The notes under the pieces are model-generated. The model was not told the DNA's origin. It searched no databases and saw only the letters and a program-made list of their open reading frames with translations. DNA of 64,000 nucleotides from Escherichia coli (GTDB lineage: Bacteria > Pseudomonadota > Gammaproteobacteria > Enterobacterales > Enterobacteriaceae), in assembly GCF_013122565.1 (NCBI RefSeq), contig NZ_CP053258.1; one strand, given 5' to 3'. Below, one piece after another: positions 32,909-44,664 of this stretch (positions are counted from its first letter, which is position 1; the number at the start of each line of letters is the position of its first letter). Both the position numbers and the translations under genes were made by a program.

Positions 32909-33214
32909 TTACTTCACATCCTGCGGGAAATGCTCTTTGATCACTTCCAGCAGTTTCGGGCCAAAATCAGCAGGAGAGAGCATGTTGCGCACGCCAACCA
33001 CGTATTTGTTGCCGGTAACGGTGATTTCGCCCGCAATGTGCGTAGAAGCGATGATGATATCCGCGCCGCTCAACTCACTTTTGTATTCGCCAACCGCGCA
33101 GCTATTTACCGTGTGGTCAATCTTTGATTGGGTTAAAAACTGGTCCACTTTCATTTTCATGATCATGGAACTGCCTTGTCCGTTGCCACACACAGCCAGA
33201 ATACGTACGGTCAT
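32909..33214 (-). CDS. ulaB: Ascorbate-specific PTS EIIB component UlaB
   Basis: 101 aa from [16 protein letters not shown] (active Cys); AAGGAG RBS. Confidence 0.92.
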   Translation of the reverse strand: MTVRILAVCGNGQGSSMIMKMKVDQFLTQSKIDHTVNSCAVGEYKSELSGADIIIASTHIAGEITVTGNKYVVGVRNMLSPADFGPKLLEVIKEHFPQDVK

Positions 33215-33229
33215 AATCAAAACTCCTTA

Positions 33230-34981
<1,752 letters not shown>

Positions 34982-36046
34982 ATGAGTAAAGTGAAAAGTA
35001 TCACCCGTGAATCCTGGATCCTGAGCACTTTCCCGGAGTGGGGTAGCTGGTTAAATGAAGAAATTGAACAAGAACAGGTCGCTCCTGGCACATTTGCGAT
35101 GTGGTGGCTTGGCTGCACCGGGATCTGGTTAAAATCGGAAGGTGGCACCAACGTTTGCGTTGATTTCTGGTGCGGCACTGGCAAACAAAGCCACGGTAAC
35201 CCGTTAATGAAACAGGGTCACCAGATGCAGCGCATGGCTGGCGTGAAAAAACTGCAGCCAAACCTGCGTACCACCCCGTTTGTTCTTGATCCGTTTGCGA
35301 TTCGCCAGATCGACGCGGTACTGGCGACTCACGATCACAACGATCATATCGACGTCAACGTCGCTGCTGCTGTGATGCAGAACTGTGCTGATGACGTACC
35401 GTTCATTGGACCGAAAACCTGTGTGGATTTGTGGATTGGCTGGGGCGTACCGAAAGAGCGTTGCATCGTGGTCAAACCGGGCGATGTAGTAAAAGTGAAA
35501 GACATTGAAATTCATGCGCTTGATGCTTTCGACCGTACTGCACTGATCACCCTGCCTGCCGATCAAAAAGCGGCTGGCGTATTGCCAGATGGCATGGACG
35601 ATCGCGCAGTAAACTACCTGTTCAAAACGCCTGGCGGCTCCCTGTATCACAGCGGCGACTCCCACTACTCTAACTACTATGCAAAACATGGTAATGAGCA
35701 TCAGATCGACGTGGCTTTAGGTTCATACGGCGAAAACCCGCGCGGTATCACTGACAAAATGACCAGCGCCGATATGCTGCGTATGGGTGAAGCGCTGAAT
35801 GCGAAAGTAGTGATCCCGTTCCACCACGATATCTGGTCAAACTTCCAGGCCGATCCGCAAGAGATCCGCGTGCTGTGGGAGATGAAAAAAGATCGTCTGA
35901 AGTATGGCTTCAAGCCGTTTATCTGGCAGGTTGGCGGCAAATTTACCTGGCCGCTGGATAAAGACAACTTCGAGTACCACTATCCGCGCGGTTTCGATGA
36001 TTGCTTCACTATTGAACCGGATCTGCCGTTCAAGTCATTCCTGTAA
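34982..36046 (+). CDS. ulaG: L-ascorbate-6-phosphate lactonase UlaG (metallo-beta-lactamase fold)
   Basis: 354 aa from [23 protein letters not shown]; HxHxDH motif ([10 protein letters not shown]). Confidence 0.92.
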
Positions 36047-36153
36047 TCTGTCGTTTATACCGGATAGCGTGGAGAAGTTCGCGCTATCCGGCGTAGTATT
36101 TCCTGGCTATTTCAAATATCATCTAAAAAAATCAAATTTTATCGGAATAGCTC

Positions 36154-36909
36154 ATGACTGAAGCACAAAGACATCAAATCCTCCTGGAAATGCTCGCACA
36201 ATTGGGCTTTGTGACCGTTGAGAAAGTCGTTGAGCGTCTGGGAATTTCGCCTGCCACTGCGCGACGCGATATCAATAAACTTGACGAAAGCGGCAAACTG
36301 AAAAAAGTGCGCAATGGCGCAGAAGCTATTACCCAACAGCGCCCGCGCTGGACGCCGATGAATCTGCATCAGGCGCAGAATCACGATGAAAAAGTACGTA
36401 TTGCTAAAGCGGCCTCGCAGCTGGTTAATCCGGGCGAAAGCGTAGTCATCAACTGCGGCTCCACCGCGTTTCTGCTTGGGCGGGAAATGTGTGGCAAGCC
36501 AGTGCAAATCATCACTAATTATCTACCGCTGGCAAATTACCTGATCGATCAAGAACATGACAGCGTGATCATTATGGGCGGACAGTACAACAAAAGTCAG
36601 TCCATCACTTTAAGCCCGCAGGGCAGCGAAAACAGTCTCTATGCCGGGCACTGGATGTTTACCAGCGGTAAAGGGCTGACCGCAGAAGGGTTGTATAAAA
36701 CCGATATGCTGACGGCAATGGCAGAGCAGAAGATGCTGAGCGTGGTAGGGAAACTGGTGGTACTGGTTGATAGCAGTAAGATTGGCGAACGCGCGGGAAT
36801 GCTTTTTAGCCGTGCCGATCAAATTGATATGCTGATCACCGGCAAAAATGCTAACCCGGAAATCCTGCAACAACTGGAAGCGCAAGGGGTCAGCATTCTG
36901 CGTGTTTAA
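36154..36909 (+). CDS. ulaR: DeoR-family repressor UlaR
   Basis: 251 aa [43 protein letters not shown]... Confidence 0.92.
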
Positions 36910-37655
36910 AGATGCTGGCGGAAAAATGTCACGGCAGCATCTAACGCTTCAGGCGTAATGCGGTGACGCACGCCTGGCTGCCATGAACAGATTAGCAGTT
37001 TATCCCGTCCCGTCTCGCTTAAGGCCTGCTGCAAACGTAGTGATTCTTCGGCAGACACAACGTCATCGTCGAGGCCATGCCACAGCAGTAGAGGTCTGTC
37101 ACCAAGTTGTTCCAGGTGGTTTGTCGCTTCCCACTCTGCCAGCGGCGCGATAATGTTATTGAATTCATTCTGCTGTGCTGCCGTTTCAGGTATCAGCGGT
37201 GGAAACAGTGAACGGGCGAGTGATGTAAAATAGCCCGATCCCATCATGCTGGCGGTACATCTCACCGTGGGGTGGCGAGCGGTAATCCCCAATGCCGTCA
37301 TCGCGCCCATCGACGCGCCACCGACTGCCAGACGGTCATCAAGCAGCCAGTTTTCTTCGGCTATTGCCGCACGTAAAGTAGTGAATTCCTGCATACTTTG
37401 TAGCAAGATTTGCCAGAATTGATTTAACCGCCGCGCTGCGTCGCCACTAAAACGGCTACCGTGAACGGGCGCATCCGGCATGATCACCCGCAAACCAGTC
37501 TGCGCCAGCGCAACGGCAAAATAGCTATACACCAGACTGGACGAAGTAAAGCCGTGATAAAAAATCACGCACGGTAACGGGGTATCTTTTTGTCCGACAG
37601 GATAAGCATGAAGAACGGGAATATCTGCCAGCTCGCGTGATTCTATTTCAATCAT
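36906..37655 (-). CDS. yjfP: Esterase YjfP (alpha/beta hydrolase)
   Basis: 249 aa; GxSxG motif GGASMGAM; synteny. Confidence 0.88.
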
Positions 37656-37836
37656 CTGTCTCTCCTTTTTGTCTGGTATGACATGAAGAAATCCTTAGCA
37701 CAAGTTTCTGTTGGCGGTATTAGTTCATAATGTTGAGATGTGGATTACGCTTTCGTCACGTTTTCATTCGAAAATCGCGTACCAGGTAACAATTCGGGAA
37801 CATTCCCCCAAAGTTAAATTAATAAGGCACTACACT

Positions 37837-38166
37837 ATGGTTAGCAGGAAACGTAATAGCGTTATTTACCGGTTTGCCAGTTTATTATTGGTGTTGATGT
37901 TAAGTGCCTGTAGCGCACTGCAAGGTACGCCACAGCCAGCACCACCAGTAACCGACCATCCGCAAGAGATTCGCCGCGACCAGACGCAAGGGTTACAGCG
38001 AATAGGTAGCGTAAGCACGATGGTTCGGGGTTCTCCGGATGACGCATTAGCAGAAATCAGAGCGAAAGCTGTCGCTGCAAAAGCTGATTATTACGTTGTC
38101 GTCATGGTGGACGAAACCATCGTCACAGGACAGTGGTATTCACAAGCCATTTTGTACCGTAAATAA
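37837..38166 (+). CDS. bsmA: Biofilm stress and motility lipoprotein BsmA (YjfO)
   Basis: 109 aa from MVSRKRNSVIYRFASLLLVLMLSAC (lipobox). Confidence 0.85.
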   Translation: MVSRKRNSVIYRFASLLLVLMLSACSALQGTPQPAPPVTDHPQEIRRDQTQGLQRIGSVSTMVRGSPDDALAEIRAKAVAAKADYYVVVMVDETIVTGQWYSQAILYRK

Positions 38167-38314
38167 ATCAGAAAACTTACATAGTCAGCTTTACATTGCT
38201 TTGCGTCCCTATGCGTTTACCTGTGCACAATAAATTACCGGCTGGAAGCCTGGGCGTTTATTACCGCGATGGAATGCCCTGCAACATGTGGGGAAATGAA
38301 AAATGGAGCTGACG

Positions 38315-38590
38315 ATGAAACAATTACTTGCCTCACCCTCGCTGCAATTAGTGACTTATCCTGCGAGCGCCACGGCACAGTCTGCAGAATTCGCCAGTGC
38401 TGACTGCGTGACGGGCCTGAATGAAATAGGTCAGATCTCAGTTAGCAATATTTCAGGGGATCCGCAGGACGTGGAACGTATCGTGGCGTTAAAGGCCGAT
38501 GAACAAGGTGCGTCATGGTACCGCATTATTACCATGTACGAAGACCAGCAGCCTGATAACTGGCGTGTACAGGCGATACTGTATGCATGA
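38315..38590 (+). CDS. yjfN: DUF1471-family protein YjfN
   Basis: 91 aa from MKQLLASPSLQLVTYPASA; GGAG RBS. Confidence 0.8.
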   Translation: MKQLLASPSLQLVTYPASATAQSAEFASADCVTGLNEIGQISVSNISGDPQDVERIVALKADEQGASWYRIITMYEDQQPDNWRVQAILYA

Positions 38591-38615
38591 GTGTCATCTA
38601 CAGCAAATGAACAAT

Positions 38616-38650
38616 GCCGGATGCGGCGCGAGCGCCTTGTCCGGCCTACA
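38616..38650. repeat. REP element
   Basis: gccggatgcggcgcgagcgccttgtccggcctaca. Confidence 0.85.
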
Positions 38651-38706
38651 ATTTTCACATATTTCATTGAGTTAATCGAAACCAGCGTCGCATCAGTCGT
38701 ATACGC

Positions 38707-40332
38707 TTACACACACACTCCCCCCGTCGCCCGCAGCAATAAATCATTCTGGATCTGCTCTGACAACCGTACGCCGCCGCGCGTATCTAACATCACCTGG
38801 CACCACGCCTGTGCCATTGGCGGAGAGGCATATTTCAACATTTGCGCACCGCAGCCCAGCAGGAATAGCTGATGAGTAATCTCTCGCCCCAGTTCTTCAG
38901 CAGGCTTACGCAGCTGCTGCTGTAAACGACGAACCGCGCGATCAAAATAGCGATCCTGCCCTTTCACTTCCACAAATGCTTCCGACAATAAGTCGTATAC
39001 GCCCGCTTGCTTATTGAGAACGCGCAGCACATCCAGGCACATAATATTGCCGGAACCTTCCCAAATACTGTTTACCGGCATCTCCCGGTAAAGCCGCGGC
39101 AACTCGCTCTCCTCGCAATAACCAATGCCGCCCAGCACCTCCATCGCTTCGGCCACAAACGGCATACCTCGTTTGCAGATCACAAATTTTGCCACAGGCG
39201 TAAATAAACGCGCCCACAGGGCTTCTTTGGCATCGGCACGCCGGTCCCACGCTCGCGCAAGACGAAACAGCAACGCCGTTTGCCCTTCAAGCTGAAGTGC
39301 CATGCGACTTAAGACATGACGCATAAGGGGCTGTTGGATCAATGGATTACCAAAAACATGGCGTTGATGCGCATGATAAATCGCCAGCGAGAACGCACGG
39401 CGCATCATGGCATGGCTACCCAGGGCGCAATCAAAACGCGTCATCCCACCCATTTTCAGGATCAGACGAATTCCTTCCCCTTCCTGCCCCAACAACCAGC
39501 CAATGGCATCCTGAAACTCCACTTCGCAACTGGCGTTAGAGCGATTACCCAGCTTATCTTTCAGCCGCTCGAGGCGAATCGCGTTACGTTGTCCGTCAGG
39601 CAAAAAGCGCGGCACAAAAAAGCAGGACAGACCGCCCGCGGTCTGCGCCAGCACCAGATGCGCATCGCTTTGCGGCACCGAGAAAAACCATTTATGCCCC
39701 ACCAGCCGATAAGAGCCATCTTCCAAACGCTCTGCACGGGTGGTGTTGCTCATGACATCGGAACCACCCTGCTTTTCCGTCATTCCCATGCCAATCAACA
39801 AACCGCGTTTTTGCCCACCTGGCAATAAGTGAGAATCGTAGCGATCGCTCAGCAGCGGGGTGGTCCAGTCCTGAAACGGCGCGGGTAACATCTGTAACAG
39901 CAATGGCGTGGCGGCAAAGGTCATGGTTATCGGACATAACGACCCTGCCTCAACCTGTGCGTGCAACATAAAACGCGCCGCGCGCGCCACAAATGCGCCG
40001 GAGCGAGCGTCTTCTTCCCAGGCCAGATTGTGCACCCGATTGGTACATAGCGCCTGCATCAGCAGGTGCCAGGCGGGGTGAAAACGCACATCGTCCAGAC
40101 GGCGTCCTTGCGCATCGTAGCGCAATAATTCAGGCGGATTCACATTCGCCAGCCGCCCCAGTTCAAGGGATTCAGCCGTTCCTAACTGCTGACCAATACT
40201 GGCTAGAAAATCGCTATCCCAGCCAGCACCTTCACGCGTTACCGCTTCGCAAAGCGCGCCATCAGACAGGTATAAGTTGCTGTTATTTAATGGTATAGGT
40301 TGATTAAAAACGGTGTGAGTTTGCCAGTGCAC
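38707..40332 (-). CDS. aidB: Acyl-CoA dehydrogenase-family adaptive-response protein AidB
   Basis: 541 aa from GTG (VHWQTHTVFNQPIPLNNSNLYLSDGALCEAV...). Confidence 0.9.
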   Translation of the reverse strand: MHWQTHTVFNQPIPLNNSNLYLSDGALCEAVTREGAGWDSDFLASIGQQLGTAESLELGRLANVNPPELLRYDAQGRRLDDVRFHPAWHLLMQALCTNRVHNLAWEEDARSGAFVARAARFMLHAQVEAGSLCPITMTFAATPLLLQMLPAPFQDWTTPLLSDRYDSHLLPGGQKRGLLIGMGMTEKQGGSDVMSNTTRAERLEDGSYRLVGHKWFFSVPQSDAHLVLAQTAGGLSCFFVPRFLPDGQRNAIRLERLKDKLGNRSNASCEVEFQDAIGWLLGQEGEGIRLILKMGGMTRFDCALGSHAMMRRAFSLAIYHAHQRHVFGNPLIQQPLMRHVLSRMALQLEGQTALLFRLARAWDRRADAKEALWARLFTPVAKFVICKRGMPFVAEAMEVLGGIGYCEESELPRLYREMPVNSIWEGSGNIMCLDVLRVLNKQAGVYDLLSEAFVEVKGQDRYFDRAVRRLQQQLRKPAEELGREITHQLFLLGCGAQMLKYASPPMAQAWCQVMLDTRGGVRLSEQIQNDLLLRATGGVCV

Positions 40333-40415
40333 TGTGTCTCCCTCCATCAATGGCAGTCACCATTAGTATGGTCACTGCCATGGATTCATGACAGAAAGAG
40401 ATTGCTAAAACATTC

Positions 40416-41579
40416 TTATCCAGCAATGTAATGCGGAACGAAACGTGAGGTGTCTTTGGTGATCAGTGTGTTATCTTCACGGATCCCCATTCCGCACGCT
40501 TCATCATCGACAATCCAGCTACCGATGAGTGTGTAGCTATCGCCAAACCGCGGCAGAGGTTGAAACGCCTGGTAGATCATCGGTTCATCGGCGTAATCAC
40601 CATCAGCGTGGTCAACGACGTTATTCTGGCCGTCGAAAATGGTGACATTTCCGCCTTCACGCGAGTAGATCGGTTTACGCACATAGCTTTCGCCAGCGGC
40701 AATCTGCGGTTTTTCACCCTCAAACCAGGATGCAAGAAGGTTAGGATGACCAGGGAAGAAGCGCCAAAGCAGCGGCATTAGCCCTTTATTACTCAAGATA
40801 CTTTTCCATAACGGCTCCACCCATTGCTCGCGATGCTTGCGCAGCAGCGGACCGTTATCGTCACGCATCATCCACTCAAGCGGATACAGCTTAAATGCAC
40901 GCTGGATGACATTATCATCAAGATCGGTCAGTACGCCGCCGACGCCCAAACCGAGATCTTCAATGTAGATAAACCGCGACTCCTGCCCTGCCTGCTGGGC
41001 GCAGTCCTGCAAGTACAGCACGGTACTCCTGTCTTCATCGGTGTCCTGACAGCAGCAGAAATAAAACGGCTCCCGGCTATAAAGCTCGCTAAAGCGTGAA
41101 ATCAGGCGTTCCTGAATGGCATTGTACTGATCGGCATCACGCGGAATAATGCCGCTGCGCCGGGCATCCTCCAGCCACAACCACTGGAAATAAGCCGACT
41201 CATACAACGAGGTCGGCGTATCGGCGTTGTACTCCAGCAGCTTCACCGGCGCATTGCCACACCAGGCAAAATCCATCCGGCCATACAGCGAAGGATCGCG
41301 TGCGCGCCAGCTTTCAGCGATCACATCCCAGTACAACGGCGGGATCGCCAGTTGCGTCAGGATCTCTTCGTCTTTAACCGCGCGATCCACCACCTCAAGG
41401 CACATCTGATGCAGTTCCGCAGTCGGTTTTTCGATCTGCTCTTCAATCTGGCGCAGAGTAAAACGGTAAGCCCGACTCTCGTCCCAATAGATTTCATTGT
41501 CGATGATATGAAAGTCGAAACCGTTGTCAGCGGCGATTTGGTCCAGATCCCGCCGCACAGGAACGTTGTGTCTCAGCAT
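40416..41579 (-). CDS. yjfC: Glutathionylspermidine synthase-like ATP-grasp protein YjfC
   Basis: 387 aa from MLRHNVPVRRDLDQIAADNGFDFHIIDNEIYWDESRAYRF. Confidence 0.88.
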   Translation of the reverse strand: MLRHNVPVRRDLDQIAADNGFDFHIIDNEIYWDESRAYRFTLRQIEEQIEKPTAELHQMCLEVVDRAVKDEEILTQLAIPPLYWDVIAESWRARDPSLYGRMDFAWCGNAPVKLLEYNADTPTSLYESAYFQWLWLEDARRSGIIPRDADQYNAIQERLISRFSELYSREPFYFCCCQDTDEDRSTVLYLQDCAQQAGQESRFIYIEDLGLGVGGVLTDLDDNVIQRAFKLYPLEWMMRDDNGPLLRKHREQWVEPLWKSILSNKGLMPLLWRFFPGHPNLLASWFEGEKPQIAAGESYVRKPIYSREGGNVTIFDGQNNVVDHADGDYADEPMIYQAFQPLPRFGDSYTLIGSWIVDDEACGMGIREDNTLITKDTSRFVPHYIAG

Positions 41580-41581
41580 GA

Positions 41582-42220
41582 TTAGCCTCCCCAATGCCCA
41601 CGGGCGCTGGAAGAACGACCATAGCCGCCGCGTGAAACGGTCGACGCTTTTCTGGTGGTAAAGCCGCCTGAAGAGTAAGACTCTTTTTTGCCAGAACCGG
41701 AGCGCCAGGAGTAATCACCAGAAGTGTTGCGCCAGACGGGGCGCGAAGCAAAAGATGAACCGCCGCTGTTATAAACAAACTGCTCATCGCGATCTTTACG
41801 AATAACCCGGCTTAACAAAAATCCAGAAACGACCGGGATCCAACTCTGTTCAACATTGTCGTAGTAGCAATTTTCGTACTTAGACTGACAATTCTGCTGA
41901 GTCATATTCTTCGGAACATCGGCATAAAATGCTGCTTTGGCGTTGTTCCAGCCACGCGCGCAAATGTCTGCATTATTACCGTCATCAATACAATCCTGCA
42001 CAGTCGAGTAAAACGTTCCGTCGCCGTCGTTATCGACATCGCTACTTTCACTCCATCCTTTGACTATTAAAAAAGCGGCACCGCCCATAAGCGCCAACGT
42101 TAAGTATTTTTGTGCGTAACGATTGCGACGCGGTTCAAAAGGATTATTCGGTCTACCAATGCGACTGATCGCTCCGTGACCAATTTTACTGTTATTTCTT
42201 GATTTGCGTTTTCTGGCCAT
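41582..42220 (-). CDS. yjfM: DUF1190-family protein YjfM
   Basis: 212 aa, basic N-terminus, Gly/Ser-rich C-terminus; operon position. Confidence 0.82.
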   Translation of the reverse strand: MARKRKSRNNSKIGHGAISRIGRPNNPFEPRRNRYAQKYLTLALMGGAAFLIVKGWSESSDVDNDGDGTFYSTVQDCIDDGNNADICARGWNNAKAAFYADVPKNMTQQNCQSKYENCYYDNVEQSWIPVVSGFLLSRVIRKDRDEQFVYNSGGSSFASRPVWRNTSGDYSWRSGSGKKESYSSGGFTTRKASTVSRGGYGRSSSARGHWGG

Positions 42221-42229
42221 GATCGTCCA

Positions 42230-42628
42230 TTACCATGTCATACAAGCTGCGTTAAAAATACCGCCAGCCAGCGCGGCGGTTCCCATAAACATTCCTGCTG
42301 CGGTATTGTGATTAATAATTTTTTCGCTTAATGCGGGCATATAAAGTCTGACACCAGCAAAAACGAGTAACTGAATCACTAGTGCGATCCCGCCCCAGGC
42401 GAAATAGTCTGGAATACTCACCGCATTGATTGCCGCACTGGATAAGGGGATCACGTAACCCAACAATGTACCGCTGAATGCCAGTGACGCCGCGGTATTA
42501 TTGTTTTTGATTAATTGCCATTCGTTGTGCGGTGTAATTTTGGAGTAGATAAACAGAAAAATAATCACCATAGCCACGCCAATAAAAAAATAGGCACTAA
42601 AGGCAAGAAGTGAATCCAGTATATGCAT
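42230..42628 (-). CDS. yjfL: DUF350-family inner membrane protein YjfL
   Basis: 132 aa from MHILDSLLAFSAYFFIGVAMVIIFLFIYSKI. Confidence 0.82.
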   Translation of the reverse strand: MHILDSLLAFSAYFFIGVAMVIIFLFIYSKITPHNEWQLIKNNNTAASLAFSGTLLGYVIPLSSAAINAVSIPDYFAWGGIALVIQLLVFAGVRLYMPALSEKIINHNTAAGMFMGTAALAGGIFNAACMTW

Positions 42629-42645
42629 TGTAAACGTCCTTGTAA

Positions 42646-43305
42646 TTAACCAATAATATGAAGTGATGTCAGCGGGATATCGACACCCAACGCGCGCGAA
42701 AATAACCACTCTGGCTCGCCGAGATCGTTAAAAGATTCCTCACCATTTAATAGCAAATATTCGTAAGTATCTTCAGTCACTTGCCGTTGGTAGCCCATGG
42801 TAAAATTATGGACCTCCCATTTGGCATGGTTTTGATTTTCTACTTTTTCCAGCATGTAGACGGGTTCGATATTTCCCGGTTCTTCGCTGTTAAAAAATCG
42901 CTGCCAGCGTTTTTCCTGCCAGTTTAAGGTCATTGCCCCCATCGCTTTGGCGTTGATCGCCTCGCGCCAGTGACTCTCTTTACTGATACCGTAGCTCTCT
43001 TCATAGACAAAGAGCTTGATATCATCAATGTCATCAATATCTTTGCCGCCGGTAGTATTGATTTGCAGAAACTCATCGCCTGAAGTGTAGTAGCGGAAAA
43101 TCTGGCTACCGCCGCCCAGATCGATGTGACTGACAGCGGCTACCGTAAATTCCTCACCCGGCAGCGCAATCAGCAATTCATCTTCCAGCAAACGAAACGC
43201 TAACGTGTCGAGCGTAAAGCCACTATTGAGATGAAGTCCCAGCGGACCGCGAGCGATAGCAGGCTTATTATCCTTGCCAAACAGACGCTGGAAAAAACCA
43301 GACAT
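42646..43305 (-). CDS. yjfK: DUF2491-family protein YjfK
   Basis: 219 aa MSGFFQRLFGKDNKPAIARGPLGLHLNSGF...; operon position. Confidence 0.82.
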   Translation of the reverse strand: MSGFFQRLFGKDNKPAIARGPLGLHLNSGFTLDTLAFRLLEDELLIALPGEEFTVAAVSHIDLGGGSQIFRYYTSGDEFLQINTTGGKDIDDIDDIKLFVYEESYGISKESHWREAINAKAMGAMTLNWQEKRWQRFFNSEEPGNIEPVYMLEKVENQNHAKWEVHNFTMGYQRQVTEDTYEYLLLNGEESFNDLGEPEWLFSRALGVDIPLTSLHIIG

Positions 43306-43355
43306 ATTTTATCCTTAAAATAGTTGCCAGCCTTGCAGTGAGGCTGGCAAAAAAA

Positions 43356-44054
43356 TTACTCGCCCTGTTGGCGTTGCAGTCTTGCTAATACATCCTGGGC
43401 GCTACTTTTATTGCTACCGCCAATTCCGGCTTCTGCCAGCTTTTCGTCAAGGTCGCGACCGTCTGCGACTTTCTCCAACTGTGCGGCAGCATCCAGGCGA
43501 GCCTGACGTTCGGCCTGACGCGTTTGCAGGCGTTTTAAGGATTCTGCCGCTGTCGAAACGCTGGAAGATGCGCCAACGGTAGAGGTTGTTACAGCCTGTT
43601 GTGCACGCTGCATGGCTTCAGTGGCTTTAACGACTTCCATTTGCTGCTCAAACTGAGCGATACGCTGCGCTGTCGCTGTAACTGCTTTTTCCACGCCATC
43701 ACGGGAGACTTCCAGATTCGACAACACTTGCTCTTCAGCGGTAATGAGATTCTCAAGGCGCGCGATTTCTTCAGCAACTTCGTTAATCAACGACGGATTA
43801 ACGTTCTTGCTTAACGCTTCCAGCGCACGAGCTTCCAGACTGGCTTTGCGCTCACGTAAATCTTTCAGCTTATCGTGACTTAACTTCACCCGCGCCAGCA
43901 GATCAACGCGAGATTTTCCGGCTTTATCGAGTTCAGCTTTAGCGTCACGAATATGCTGTTCCAGCATGCGCACACCCTGGGTTTCTTCAATGGATTCTTC
44001 CGCCTGAGAGATAAACGATTTCCCCAGCGTAAATAAACTTTTTAAAATTCCCAT
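43356..44054 (-). CDS. yjfJ: PspA/IM30-family protein YjfJ
   Basis: 232 aa coiled-coil; operon position. Confidence 0.85.
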   Translation of the reverse strand: MGILKSLFTLGKSFISQAEESIEETQGVRMLEQHIRDAKAELDKAGKSRVDLLARVKLSHDKLKDLRERKASLEARALEALSKNVNPSLINEVAEEIARLENLITAEEQVLSNLEVSRDGVEKAVTATAQRIAQFEQQMEVVKATEAMQRAQQAVTTSTVGASSSVSTAAESLKRLQTRQAERQARLDAAAQLEKVADGRDLDEKLAEAGIGGSNKSSAQDVLARLQRQQGE

Positions 44055-44072
44055 AAATACCCGTCCTTGTAA

Positions 44073-44474
44073 TTAGTGTGAATATTCTTCTGTAATTTCA
44101 GCCAGATCCAATGCGTTATCTACCAGCGAGGTTATCTCAAGCAGGATATCTTCAAGAGAAGATTTAAGCGATAACGCACCGAAAACAATGTAATACTCTT
44201 CTTGTTGTACGCTGGAGATTCCTACCGATGACAACGGCATCATCTTCTGATTTCTTAATAAGAAGGTATTAAATTCATCTGGATTGCTGATACTACTTAC
44301 CGGACAAATAAAGGTTTCGATAATCATTTGGCGGGAAGTAAAAAGAATATTGATTTGCAAATCGCCATAATCATTCATTTTAATAATTAATGCGTTCTCG
44401 CTATTTGTTACATCAATATTTTGTTCATGTTCAGTTTGCAGCGCCGTCGCCAGCGCCAACGGATTCCATGTCAT
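44073..44474 (-). CDS. yjfI: DUF2170-family protein YjfI
   Basis: 133 aa MTWNPLALATALQTEHEQNIDVTNSENALIIKMNDYGDLQ... Confidence 0.82.
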   Translation of the reverse strand: MTWNPLALATALQTEHEQNIDVTNSENALIIKMNDYGDLQINILFTSRQMIIETFICPVSSISNPDEFNTFLLRNQKMMPLSSVGISSVQQEEYYIVFGALSLKSSLEDILLEITSLVDNALDLAEITEEYSH

Positions 44475-44553
44475 ATATTATTCCATATAGATTAAGTTTA
44501 AATATTAATAAAATGAATATTTGCAGTACATAATTATCTTACCAGCTATAGAC

Positions 44554-44580
44554 AAAAAAAAACCATCCAAATCTGGATGG
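44554..44580 (-). terminator. Intrinsic terminator closing the accessory catabolic operon ahead of yjfI
   Basis: Minus strand reads hairpin ccatccagatttggatgg followed by a T-run of 9. Confidence 0.75.
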
Positions 44581-44664
44581 CTATTAAGAAGAACCAAAAA
44601 TTTAACGCTATGCATACGATAAAAAATGCGCCAGTCTACATACACTGACGCTAATGATTAGTCA

